Positions 1 to 16,378 of a stretch of 64,000 bases of DNA are shown piece by piece. This DNA is from Eledone cirrhosa (lineage: Eukaryota), in contig OZ024743.1 in NCBI GenBank assembly GCA_964016885.1, positions 190,898,001 to 190,962,000 on the forward strand. Reading direction: 5' to 3'. The notes under the pieces are model-generated. The model ran no database searches, was not told the DNA's origin, and was given only the letters and a program-made list of their open reading frames with translations. Every line of letters begins with the position of its first letter. The first letter of the stretch is position 1. Position numbers and translations under genes: made by a program.

Positions 1-1360
1 GTTAGATTCATCGATTTAGGTGTTTTAGCCTGTTTATTAGGAATTTTATTATTAACATATATTGGAGTATTAGGATGAATAGTTTTTGGAAAGTTACTAT
101 ATTGTATATTAGAAGAGTTAGAGAAATTAAGTTTTATGTTGGTATTTTGGGGTATAGTGTGAGTGGCATTTAGGTGTGTATATTTCATTTGGTGTCTGTT
201 GGTAATATTGGGTTGTATGTTTGTAGTGTTATTGGTACAAGGTATATATACTAATTTGTTTTTGTGGCCACTTCTAGCTAAAGCTTCGTTATAAAAGGTC
301 CCATTTTTATCAAATACATCCTGGTTAGACGAAAGGTTAGAAATTCTGAGTGAGATATTATATGCTAGGTTTTTAAGGATATATTTAAGGTGATTAGATT
401 GTGAGTGTATGTAATGTAAGTTTTGGTTAGGTTTATGGTAAGGTTGGTAGATACCCGTAGATAAGTCTAATGTTATATCAAGGAAATTAACTACTTTACT
501 TGTGTTTTCAAATGTAATATCTAGACTATAATAGTCTTTGAGGAAAGTTCTAATACGTTTTTTATTTTTTCAATTTCTGATAGGCTAAGGTTATTGGAAA
601 GAAGAAGACAGTCGTCACGATATAAACCACCTTTAAGGTGGGGAATAGAAGCATTTATGTTAAATAGAAGAAAGAGGCCCACAAGATCGGTAATTTGGGC
701 AGAATCACTTGAGCCCATAGTAATGTCGAATAGATTACTATATGTGTTTCTGGTCCAGTATTCTTTTTGAAATTCCAGTAGTGTTTGTCTAGCATGTGTG
801 ATAATATTAATGTCATCCATAGTTAAGTTTGATCTATTTTTGGCAAATATCAAGGCTTTGTTGAGGACTATAGGTGATATAGAGGAATAATAAGTATCTA
901 TATCGAATTGTAGAAATGAAGCAGAAGATTTATTTCTAATATTATTAAACCAGTTAATTACCTGGGATGTGTTTTCCCAGAGTGGTAAATTAACATGTTT
1001 TCTTAATTGTGGGATGACTCTATCTAAAAAAATTTACTAATGATGCCAATATCAGATTTGGAAGGGCATATAAGCCTTATAGAAGGAATAGAGTTAAAGT
1101 TAGATTTGTGATCTTTCAGGTTAAAATGTGGTTTTTTCAGTGCCAAATTTTCAGTTCTATCTTCAATATTGAGTCTATTTACTGTTGTGTGTTTTGTTGT
1201 TGATGTTGGTAAGTGCCGCATTGTTTGTTTTTTTATAATTTTTCCTGAGTTCTTTATATATGAACTCATTGTAATTATCAATATCCATGTGATACAGATT
1301 TCCAGTTTTGTCAGAGTGGACATGGATTTTGTTAGAATTTTTTAGATCCAATAGGGTAGA
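1..1360 (-). mobile_element. Penelope-like element (Naiad-type) reverse transcriptase fragment, frameshifted, running off the left edge
   Basis: Minus-strand peptides LKDHK..RLICPSKSDIG, W.N...VINWF....NK...FLQFDI..YYSSI, FDITMGSSDSAQITDLVG and GGLYRDD are PLE RT motifs. They are split over several frames. Confidence 0.85.
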
Positions 1361-1934
1361 ATCAAGATCCTTATATCATATATCATATTATATATCATAT
1401 TATATATCATATTATATATCATATTATATTATATTAAATTTCTATTTTCTGTTGATGATCGTTTTGGCTTAAATTATATATTCTGCTGAACAGAAAAACA
1501 GATGACTTACGTTGCTTTGCTATTTTGGGATACTGTCCTAAAATTTAAGATTATCCTTAGAGAAGAAAAAATAATGCTATTGAACGCCAAATATTTATTC
1601 TGTGAAAGAATACTATCTATGTTCACCTAAACCTCAAGAGACTAAGAAGTCTAAAAATTCACATCAATTTCCTTTTCATATCAGAAACCAAATAGAAACT
1701 TATCGCTACCAACAATGACTATGATTTTTGATGATAATGACAGACGAATATTTAAAAAGAAAAAAGTATCAACGATGAAAATCTTTAGTTAAACAATAAG
1801 AGCGACAAGGTTGATGAGAAGGATAACAAAGACGGTAGTCATGATAGTGACAAGATCAGAGATAATGTGGATGGTAAAGATGATGCTGATGATGGTGATG
1901 ATGATGATGTCGAAGATAAAGTATAACTCACTTA

Positions 1935-2002
<68 letters not shown>

Positions 2003-2004
<2 letters not shown>

Positions 2005-2320
2005 CGTTTCTGAATTTGTTTAGCAAGATTCTTTATCTGAAAACGTGTGTGGAAACCGATATTGTTATGCTTTGGGAGGGTCATGTTGCCAGTAAGAAAC
2101 ACACGCACCAGTTGTTTCACTCCAATTCATTATAAATATTGATTGCCAAATAAATTAACTATGGAGATATAAAAGATACAGAAGCGAAAACCAATCCAGA
2201 TCAAACAGTTAGTGTGCCATGTTGTTATTTCTGGCAATATTATAACAATATGACCCTCCCCAAGTATAACAATATTTGTTTTGACACACGATTTCATATC
2301 AAAAACATTGCAAAATAAAT
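2003..2320 (+). repeat. Short repeat, family C, with an inverted copy of its own 3' end; HHR part absent in this copy
   Basis: ATATTGTTATGCTTTGGGAGGGTCAT (~2059) is inverted to ATGACCCTCCCCAAGTATAACAATAT (~2250). Homologous to 24776-25010 and 49347-50045. Flanked by (TA)n. Confidence 0.7.
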
Positions 2321-2375
2321 ATATATATATACGTATATATATATATATATATTTATATATTTATATATGTATATT

Positions 2376-6024
<3,649 letters not shown>

Positions 6025-6175
6025 ATATATATGTATATATATATATATAGGAAAAATTTCAAGACCCCGACGGCAGAGCTCGAGCCGTTTTGACGGCTAT
6101 TTCTGGTTCCTTACCACACTTCCTTCGTTATATATATATATAAACGCTTATACAATCTTATATATATCTACATAT

Positions 6176-7465
6176 ATGGCTAATACTATAACTTCGTCAA
6201 TATATATATATATTCTCCCAGTTAACAGACAACCAGAAGCGTAAGTGAATTGTATTAATTTCTTCTTTACTTCTCTTTACAATTCTGTTTTTATTTTTCC
6301 CAAACTGGTGAAGATCTAAATTATGGCTACTGAATCGAAGTATATTCTATTTCCAATTTTTGGTGCCACTTAGCACTGCGGCGAACGAGAGACCGTTCTC
6401 CCTTATATAATGTCATTACCTTTTTACAGACAACTCTGTCATAGCAGTAATTTCTTTCACGTTCACAAAGGACGAGTGTGTTTTATCCCCCGTCTCTCTC
6501 TTTCTTTCTTTCTCTCGCCGCTCCATAATTCTTGGTTTCGCTGATGAAGATAACACAGTATCACAGTTTTCGGTAAATTGCAAATTGTACTTATCCAAGC
6601 TTACTGATCTTGCAGAAACCAGGATCCAGACGAACACATTAAGAATATACACATTGTTAGTACTCTCAAACAGGGTTTGCTCCTTACAAGTTCAAACCAT
6701 ATCGCATTATGTGAGTAATTGTGATTAAACGGGATTATGGCTAATACTATAACCTCGTCAATATGTTTATATAACAAATAGTTGATCGCTCTACATGGCT
6801 GAATACAATAAAAGTTATCTCAGTTTTTCAAAAATTAATAATAATATTCGATTCATTTGCAATTTTGCATACGGCCTCTTTAAGCTATGTCAGTAGAATG
6901 AAACCGTCATTCTTGCTCTTGTTCTTGTTTTTGCTCTTGTTTGGCATATAACCAGAACGGCAAAAACTAATGTTTCCGGGTGATTACCCTTCATTAGTAC
7001 CGTATATTGATTACCTGCCAACTGTAAGAGCTAGCGAAAATATATGATATTTTCTGAAATATACAGTGACTGATCGGCCTGATTTGCATATTAGAAGACT
7101 GCCTGATCAGTCAGATTATTAGCAGAATATTAGCAGACCCGCTGCTCAGCCAGATTTGCCTATCAGCAGATAGGCCAGTCAGTTTCATGTATACGAGCCA
7201 TTAATGGCCGGTTTTGCAATATTCAAATAACTAACAAATATATTTATCCCTCTACAGGGCTGAATACAATAAACGTAATCTGAGTTTTTCGAATATTGAT
7301 AATAATATTCGATTCGTTGCAATTATGCAAATAGCCTCTTCAAGCATGTCAGTAGACATGACCCCGCCATTCTTGCAAAGCGTGTCATTAATCGCTGATA
7401 TACATGAAACTGACGGGCCTATCTGCTGGTGTGCAAATCTGGCTGATCAGTGGGTCTGCTAATAT
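6176..7465. repeat. Unclassified mosaic repeat with internal direct and inverted duplications
   Basis: 6789-6917 is repeated at 7250-7376. About 7125-7205 is inverted at about 7385-7465. ATGGCTAATACTATAAC..CGTCAATAT occurs at 6176 and 6738. Confidence 0.55.
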
Positions 7466-7855
7466 GTAGAAGCCGTTTCTATATTAAAAGTGACATAAAT
7501 ATATATATATATATATAAGTATGTACACGTACATACATATATGTATGCAGACGTATAGTAGTATGTATATACATACATGCACACATATATATATGTACGT
7601 ATGGGTTTACCGAACATTTATTATAATGTTCGGTTTGTTTGTAAACAAACAGCCCGAATTACGCCGTACAGTGCTCGGCAACCATCGTCGCCCTTTTGTT
7701 CAACACTGAAATTTCGTTTCATTCTTTTCCATTTATCGTTTTCGGCACGCCCGACCGACTACCTCACTCGATATGCAAATTTGGCTGCTCAGTCGTTAAT
7801 ATGCATAAGGAAAGTATATACTTTCAAACGTTCAACCATCTGACAGAGAGGTATA

Positions 7856-7896
7856 CGATGCTGACGATAGCTAATAAGCTTGAAACTAGTACATCG
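7856..7896 (+). ncRNA. Minimal type I hammerhead ribozyme (family B)
   Basis: CGATG-CTGACGA-tAGCTaataAGCTt-GAAA-CTAG-TA^-CATCG: stem I CGATG/CATCG, intact core, palindromic loop III, GUA site after 7891. Confidence 0.88.
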
Positions 7897-8310
7897 TTCA
7901 TATGTCAGTGTTGGACAAAAGGGCGACGATGGTTGCCGAGCACGCTAGGGCGTAATTCGGGCTGTTTGTATACAAACAAACCGAACATTATAATAAATGT
8001 TCGGTAAACCGATACGTACATATATATATGTGTGCATGTATATATGTACGTATGGGTTTACCGAACATTTATTATAATGTTCGGTTTGTTTGTAAACAAA
8101 TAGCCCGAATTACTCCGTAGCGTGCTTTTATTTCGGTATCAGCCGTACTAAGAGTGAGAAATGAAATTTCGTTTCATTCTTTTCCATTTATCGTTTTCGG
8201 CACGCCCGGCCGACTAACTCACTCGATATGCAAATTAGGCTGCTCAGTCATTAATATGCATGAAGAAAGTATATACTTTCAAACGTTCAACCATCTGACA
8301 GAAAGGTATA

Positions 8311-8351
8311 CGATGTTGACGATAGCTAATAAGCTTGAAACTAGTACATCG
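8311..8351 (+). ncRNA. Hammerhead ribozyme (family B) with C3U core substitution
   Basis: Identical to 7856-7896 except the core reads TTGACGA. Confidence 0.75.
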
Positions 8352-8618
8352 TTTCTGTGTCAGTGTTGAACAAAAGGGCGACAATGGTTGCCGCGCACTG
8401 TACGGCGTAATTCGGGCTGTTTGTTTACAAACAAACCGAACATTATAATAAATGTTCGGTAACCGATACGTACATATATATATGTGTGCATGTATGTATA
8501 TATATACATACTACTGTACGTCTGTACTCATATATGTATGTACGTATACATACTTATATTTAGGTATCAGCCGTACTAAGAGTGAGAAATGTAATTTCGT
8601 TTCATTCTTTTCCATATA

Positions 8619-8657
<39 letters not shown>

Positions 8658-8713
8658 ACTTATACCATTAAGTTCACATGAAGATATGTAACTATCTTAA
8701 CACCAATTATTAT

Positions 8714-8772
8714 ATTTTATCTGACGAAAGCGAAATTAAATATTAGTTCCCTTGAAATACGTATAATAAAAT
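8714..8772 (+). ncRNA. Minimal type I hammerhead ribozyme in a (TA)n-flanked short element (~8657-8900)
   Basis: ATTTTAT-CTGACGA-AAGCGAA..TTCCCTT-GAAA-TACGTA-TA^-ATAAAAT: 7-bp stem I, palindromic loop III, one stem II mismatch. Confidence 0.75.
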
Positions 8773-8911
8773 AAATATAGTTTTATAAAGATATTTTCCA
8801 TTTATTAATATTAATGATACTCCAGATAAATACTGTTGAGTGTTTCTAATCAGTTGCAAAATTAACTTTGTTGAATAATCAACAAACCATATAACTCATT
8901 ATATATATATA

Positions 8912-8948
<37 letters not shown>

Positions 8949-9875
8949 TGTGTGTGTGAGACAGTCGTTACATCATACAACTCAGTACACATCTAAACTT
9001 CAAAATTACACCAATGAAGAAATCATGAAAGCGAAAACCAGGAAGTAAAAAAGATATAAGCTAAACATGACTTTTTCTACAAAACCAATATTTAAAATAT
9101 ATTTATTGTTCATATTATATCACTCTTTGCTGTAAATTTACAAGTGTACTCAAGAAGCATTATATGCATCGTCAAATTTTATTTATACATATCCATATAC
9201 ACATCATATTATCCCGTAAGTAGTTTCGTTACGGTAGTGGAGTTTTGAAAAGATAAAAACACAAGTTACGCACTAATCTAATCAAATATATAGTTAGTGA
9301 TGTTACCATTGTTGTTTTCGTTTATTCTGTTTTATTTTGGGTGCTACTTCTGTTGTTGTTGTTGGCAATAATGGCTAAAGTCATAATGCCTAGTTTTCAT
9401 AATGGTGGTGGGGTGGTGTCACATGAGAGCTGGCTTAATGAGAGAGGCGCATTCCGTCCATATTTTTCGAAGAAAAATTCTGCAAAACAATTAAATAAAT
9501 TTCAAATATTTGGCCCCAATGCCCAAATATTATGGCGTTGCCCTAAAACAGGACAATACATGGTGCCCTATCAACAGTTTGTGACAAAATATAACAATGA
9601 ATATAATGTAAACACTTGAAAATTAACAAAACTTACGGAGCCATATTTACATACGTCTTGAAAGACTAAACACCAAAGATAATAATAATGGTTTCTTCTC
9701 TAGGCAAAAGGCCAACAATTCTGGAGGAGGGGACAGCTGATTAAATAGACACCAGTGCGTTACTGGTAGTTTATTTTATCGACTCCTTAAGGATGAAAGG
9801 CAAAGCTAATAATAATGATTTGTATTCACTACATTCATTAACAATCGTAAAAGGAAAGGTAACAATAAACACATT

Positions 9876-10880
9876 TTAACTATTCCTCAAGAGGAAGGAC
9901 ACGCTAGAGGATTGCTTATGCAGGCGTAGACTCAGATCAGGCTCATTCCCATGGGCTATACTCAACCTTTCAACAAATTGGCTGGAAGGCAGCACTTCCT
10001 TCTCCACCCGGATATTTCTCTTCAGGTGAAACCTAAGAAAGTTAACCAGGGCTTCGACGAAGAGGAAACTGGTTGTCTTCAACCTTTTCAGACATGTCCA
10101 TTGTACAACCTATTTCGCCATGGCCACAAGATAGATAAAAACAGCCTGCTCTCTTGATTAAAGGAAAGTGCGTGGCGATCTTCACAATAGACTCAACTAG
10201 TAGCCGAATTCATTCTACAAACCCACAAGTCAGCAATGATTGGACACTCAACGAGTGCGTACAGGACGTGTTCATTGCCCTATGCACATCTCGGATAGGC
10301 CCGGCTCATGCCACTTCCATGCATGTAGAGTTTATCTCGAACTGGCAAAGCTCCCCTGTAGCCCTGCCACGACAGGGATTTCTGAAATTTGTCCACAGGC
10401 CATGGAGCTAAATCAACCCGAAAAGAGTGACTAGTTGACTTTCGTCGATATGCAGATTTCCCTCACGGGCGTCGTTGCTTTTATCTGACACTAATCCTTT
10501 ATAGTAAGCCAAGGTTGATAGAGCTGTGAGCGCTTGAATACATTCCTGTTTCCAGGAGCTCTTTATCAGTCTTCGCTTGACCCACGTCTGCAGCACCGCC
10601 AAGGAGACGGGCTGCGGAAACACGTGTCTCTAAACGGTGACCGCATCTATTCACCGATAAAGGATATACAGAGATGTCGTAGCCACAGCACATGTGTGCG
10701 CATCATAAGCTGCGGCATCCCAAGTCCTCCACACAGCGGATCATCTGACCATCGGAACGCCTCCCATCCACAAGAGGCCAAATAGCAAATGCTCCTGTGC
10801 AGTCATACGAGCCTTAGGACAATGGACGAGACTCTGTGCTCCACCACCAAAGAAGCTTCCAGTCCTCTTTCTCTAGCTAA
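9876..10880 (-). mobile_element. Decayed L1/Tx1-type LINE 3' fragment
   Basis: Minus-strand FGLLWMGGVPMV..GGLGMP-like segment. Homologous to 12120-13265 (shared GTTTATCTCGAACTGGCAAA and TAAACGGTGACC). Confidence 0.6.
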
Positions 10881-11584
10881 CTATTACCAATGTGACATAA
10901 AATAAGACTGCTGTAAACCCAAATGAACATCTCTTTAAAAGCATACATATGAAAAACAACAAAAAAAAAGACACTGTTTACATTTTCAGCATGTGTCTGA
11001 GAAAATGCATTAAATAACTATTGCAAAATGATATTATAATACATTCGAATAAGTGTGTGTATGTGGTATAAGATCTTAAACAAAAGTGTAAAAGGAAAAA
11101 CCATCTTTTCTTAATATGTATATCTTTGTATACATGCATATTATTGTGTGTGCTTCTGATTTTGTATGCCAATATATACTTTTCTTAGATTATCTAAATT
11201 GAATTTTTTTCATTCACTCGAGAGAACTGGTGGCCTTTACTTGCCCTTAGTCCAATTCAAGTTTGATGCTCTTCTCCCGGAAAGCTCAAATGTACAATGC
11301 CATACTGATTCAATATGTAAGATATCACACAGCCTAAGGCAACAAAGAAAACTGAATTAGTAATATGTGAATTCGTATTTTCAAACCAAGCGAAATAAAC
11401 ACACGCTCCACATATAGATCTCATGACCAATTCTTTTCAAAGCTATGTATTAGATTTTCAGAATGCTTCAGTACATTTTTCTTACTGCTGTTTGCAAATT
11501 GCATATGATAATTTAAGCCAATATAAATACATACACGTACACATATATACAGGTACACACATGCATACACACCTTCGCACACGC

Positions 11585-11640
<56 letters not shown>

Positions 11641-12119
11641 GCCTATGTGTGTATATATATATATATATAAATACATAAATGCATGCATATGTATGATTGT
11701 GTGGGAGTTATGTCTGTCTTTTAAAAGGACTAAATGTAAAAAGAAAACAAAATTGCATACTTTAGGAATAGATGAAAAACTCTTATAGATAAGGATATCA
11801 ACTTGTTTAGAAGTGTATGTTGTAATTTATTGTATCATCGCAGAAAATATCTAAACTTTTCTGAATCGTTTTGTGACCATATTTTAAATGAAATGCATTA
11901 CTTATGCTGTTTAGCTGGTTTTTAGAATAATCAATAATTTAAAGTGGCTTCTTTTAAACATAAATAAAGAAAATGTTCTAAGGTAATAGTTATGGAAGAA
12001 GGTTTAATATAAATTCGAGAACTTTCAAACCAAAGGTTTTGAATTATATAATAAGATGCACTGAAGTTGGATGCTAGAATATTTCTTAAATAAATATGTA
12101 ACATTTACTGTCTTTCTTC

Positions 12120-13265
12120 CTGTGGTTTTCTAGCATGTGTATAAATTGGAGAGCTGTTTCCCATCCGAAACAACACTCATAACCTATAATGAGATATAAA
12201 CTGCCTCCCCTCTAAAGAAGCTGGTGAGGCGATCTTGTCAAAGGACTCAGTTCATAACCCGATCCGACCCACATGTGACAGTAGGAGTTCGACATAAACC
12301 CAAAGCTCAGCAATAATAGAACACTTGATGAGTGCATGTAGAATGGTTTCGTCACCTTGCGCACATCTCAGACAAGCCCGGCTGGCGGCACTTCCATGCC
12401 TGTACGGTTTATCTCGAACTGGCAAATCTCCACTGTAGCACTACCAGGCATTTCCGAAAGTTGTCTGTGGTATGAAAGGTCTCTAGAAAAGAGTGGCTAA
12501 TTGATTTTCGAGGAACATTGTCGTTTTTACCCGCCACTACACCTCTTTAAAAATCTAAGGTGAAGTTTCCACATATCGCACTGCCCGATTAGCTGATGGC
12601 TGTGAGCGCTTGGAGACATTCTAGTTTCCAAATGTTCCCTCTTGGTCTTTGCTGATAAGAAGACGAAATGTGGAAAATTGCCTCTAGTAAACGGTGACCA
12701 CACCTGTTAAACAACAAAGTAGAGCTGGAGAAAACGCAGCCTGAGCGCACGTTTTCACATCATCAGCCACGGCATGCACAGTCCTCTACATAGTGGGTGT
12801 TGGTAGCAAATGGATCACCTGACTATTGGCACATATCCGTTACACAAAACGTGCAAGAGCAACGCTCCAGTGTAGTTAGACTTGGACCAGGACAAGGCAC
12901 GACGATCAGTTGGTATTAAATGACGGAGGCGATGTAACCGTTTTCCACCCTTGCCCGACATTTCAGCGATAACTTCCTTTTGACTCATTTTTGGGGTAAG
13001 AGTGGCTAACCTGCTCGTTTACCTCCTCCCAGTTTTTGTCCATTTGGACAAACCAGACCCCGAATAATTTAACCGATCTCTCCAGCACACGACGACGTTG
13101 TCGGACGCCTTGACTTTGTCTCTCCAGTTGTCGAGCTGCAGGCCCACCGACTTTTCCTGGTTAATATTTGCTCCTGTTATCACATCGTATTCCTCTAGAG
13201 TAGTGCCGCACAACTCAATATGTTTGCTGCTCGACACCATTACGCTGACATCATCGGCGTAATTT
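12120..13265 (-). mobile_element. Decayed L1/Tx1-type LINE RT fragment
   Basis: YADDVSVMV at ~13260 followed by ..EEYDVITGANINQEKS. Paralogous to 9876-10880. Confidence 0.7.
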
Positions 13266-13339
13266 GATTACAGATCTTCCACATCATTGGTAGCGTAGGA
13301 TACCATTGCACGTCTCCAATGTGTATAGTAATGCAGACC

Positions 13340-14125
13340 CAGAAATCACAAAAGCTGAGATGCTGAAGAGCTTAAAAAATCATTTAATGAAAAGCCCCCT
13401 GCATTCAACGTTATTTAAGGGAGCAAGAAACGTGTCTCATAACAAAACATACTTGCTGATGGTTACGTAAATGCTACATTAAGACGAACAAGGTGTGCAA
13501 TAAAAAGAATAGACAAAGAGATACTCGAGCTCAATCCTAAATTATTGGAGAGAAAGCAGAGACAGCTGCTCATATTTTTCAGAGTGTAGGCTGTTAACCC
13601 AGAATGATTATAAAAAAAGCAGGCATGATAAGGAGGCTACTATGTTGTAGTGGAGATTGTGTAAAAATAGGGATTTCCATGTGCACAAACAAGCTATGGA
13701 CATGGTGTCACAAATGATATGTGAGTGCTGGAGAACGAAACGATGAAAAGCTCTTATGGGAAGTCCCAATTCATATCGAGATAAAGGTTGAACACAACAA
13801 ACCAGATACAGTTGTAATTGAGAGGAAGGAAAAAAACTGTACCCTCATAGATGTAGCGTGTCCTTTTGACACCAGAATTGAACGAAAAGAGGAGAAAGTA
13901 GGGGATTATACCGGTTTAGAATATGGGATCTTGAAATGCTGGATTAATGAAGTGAAGGCAGTCACAATTGTATCAGTGGTAATTGGTGATATTGGCAAGG
14001 TGACAAAGAATCTTGAAAACAACCTATTGAAAATAGACGTTGCACCTAGTATTGAACCGCCCCTAAAGACATGTATACTGGGAACAGCCTGAAGATTGAA
14101 AAAAGTTCTGGACTACCAACAGGAG
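13340..14125 (+). mobile_element. Decayed R4/Dong-type non-LTR element 3' end (restriction-like endonuclease)
   Basis: RHD..., KLLWE, HNKPDTVVIE..CTLIDVACPFD..K..Y, VVIG..G, CILGTA. Confidence 0.75.
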
Positions 14126-14218
14126 TGAAATAAAAAGGAATGGTATGAAAAAGTTGCAGCCCGGTATTCCCAAAAATAACCAGCCGAAAGCAACAGTCGT
14201 GATAATTAGTTAAATAAT

Positions 14219-14407
14219 AGTTATTTCTACTTTTGGCACAAGGCCAGCAATTCTTCCAGTACATTACTGGTACTTTATTTCATCGACCCCGGAAGGATGA
14301 AAGGCAAAGTTAACCTCTGCGGGATTTGAACTCAGACCATAAAGGGCCGTAACTCTGCGTCAAAGCATGGCGTCCGACCCTCTACCGATACTGCCAATCC
14401 ACCGCCA
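14219..14407 (-). mobile_element. tRNA-derived SINE, family S1
   Basis: Reverse complement carries an A-box-like TGGCAGTATCGGTAG, B box GAGTTCAAATCC, and the GCCTTTCATCCTT.CGGGGTCGAT.AAATAAAGTACCAG body (Meta-domain-like, inference). Confidence 0.8.
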
Positions 14408-14423
14408 TAATAATGATAATATT

Positions 14424-14603
14424 GGATTGGCAGTATCGGTAGAGGGTCGGACGCCATGCTTTCCAGCATAGTTACGTCCCTTTACGATCTGAGTTCAAAT
14501 CCCGCCGAGGTTGACTTTGCCTTTCATCCTTACGGGGTCGATAAAATAAAGTACCAGTAATGCACTGGGTAATTGCTGGCCTTGTGCCTAAAGTAGAAAC
14601 AAT
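14424..14603 (+). mobile_element. tRNA-derived SINE, family S1
   Basis: GGATTGGCAGTATCGGTAG...GAGTTCAAATCCCGCCGAGG...TGTGCCTAAAGTAGAAAC. Head-to-head with the previous copy. Confidence 0.8.
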
Positions 14604-14961
14604 TAATTACCATTACTATCATTATTTTTATTTTATTTATTATCGTCATCATCATCCTCATCATAGCAGCCATTCGTTATATATATATATATATTTCACT
14701 ATATATATATATATGTACACATACACACAAACGCTCATACACATGCGCTCACACACATATAAACGCATACATACACACACACACATACATACTCAGATAA
14801 TTACAGACTCGCACACACAGACACACAAACAAACACACACAAACGCATAGACACACACACACACATACATACTCAGATAATTACAGACACGCACACACAG
14901 ACACACAAACACGCATATATATATATATATATATACATATATTTATATATACATACACATG

Positions 14962-15039
<78 letters not shown>

Positions 15040-15399
15040 TATATATATATATCAACTAATAAAAAACATTCAATTAATCAAAGAACACTAGGGAAATATA
15101 AAAAGATTAATAAATGATCATTTGAAATGTCCTACTTCATAGCCTTTGAAAAGATGACACAAAAGAAATACTAAGAGGTCTGTATGCAGTAGACCTTAGC
15201 TATGGCAACCGGTGCTGTAATAAATTATTATATTTTCATTATTGGATTGTGAAAAGAAAGACCAACCGGGAATGGATGGTTTCGTTTGATTCTTTCTTTT
15301 GCTCAGCTGCAGAGCTCTCGTGTGATTTATTAGCGAGGTTCTTGTGAATGTCTACGTAATCTGTCATATTTTACAGATACACAACTTAAAGAGAGCTTT

Positions 15400-15725
15400 A
15401 TGGCACCACCATATCTTCTTCATTGTCATCATATTAGTCACTACCATCAACATCATCATCATCATCATCACCCATAACCATTTCATACTCAGAATCATTA
15501 TAATCATTATCATCGTCGTTATCACCTTTATAACCATCTTCGTCATCATGAACGTTATTAACGTTATTCTCATCAATATTGTCATTATCATTGTATTCCT
15601 GATTAGCATATTTTTCATAAACATCATCATAACTCTATCATCGTCATCATTATCATCATCATCATCATCATCATTATTATCATCATTATTTTCATCATCA
15701 TCATCATCATCATCATTCTCATAAT

Positions 15726-15787
<62 letters not shown>

Positions 15788-15885
15788 CCAACACCACAAT
15801 CATCATCATCACCATCATAATCATCGTTATGATCATCATCGTCATCAATGCCATCATCATTACCTTCATCATCGTCATCATGATT
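15400..15885. repeat. Degenerate (ATC)n microsatellite
   Basis: Long CAT/ATC runs, source of the poly-D/M/S ORFs in the track. Confidence 0.95.
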
Positions 15886-16341
15886 TTCCTCCTGCACATT
15901 TTTATTCAGCATCAAGGAATGAAATACGAACACAATCAATAATGCTGCCAGCTAACTCACAAGAAACTACGTGCCCTGTTGACTGTTGATTATAATATAA
16001 CAAGGCAGCAAATAAATCCTACCAGCAACAACAAAATTCTCATGTATAATGGCTAAGACTCCGAACAGCTAGTTTGAAATGTCAGCAGCAAATACTGGGA
16101 CGCTAATGGAGAACACAACCTTAAAGTCAGCCGTTTACAGAGCCAATCTTTTCGCGATCTTGATACCTCATATATAAAGAAAATACTGTATGTACCCTGT
16201 ACACATAACTGGATCCTAATGGAATAGCAAAGGCATCAACTTTCTTCATATATCTTTAGGCCATTACCACTATATATATATATATATATATAAATATATA
16301 TGTGTGTGTGTATGTGTGTGTGTGTGTGTGTATATATATAT

Positions 16342-16378
<37 letters not shown>

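Larger units (their letters stand above)
7517..8616 (+). mobile_element. Retrozyme-like repeat family B (~425-bp monomer): two sense units, each preceded by an inverted segment
   Basis: Minus segment 7517-7709, plus 7707-8040, minus 8041-8127, plus 8128-8616. Period 428 (AGTGAGAAATG at 8153 and 8581). One HHR per unit. Confidence 0.8.

Noticed and set aside
2003-2320. Family C as a TIR MITE
   Set aside because: Inverted segments differ in length between copies, do not mark both termini, and other copies carry an HHR. This fits PLE-type inversion better.
6540-6580. CTGATGA motifs here and weak HHR-like strings near 16625(-), 19225(-), 25428, 25796, 36625(-), 38786, 39040 and 62153
   Set aside because: Each lacks GAAA, a pairing stem I or a valid NUH site. 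Some may be old HHR remnants, but none is supportable individually.
15364-15939. Acidic poly-Asp protein
   Set aside because: It is a translation of the (ATC)n microsatellite.
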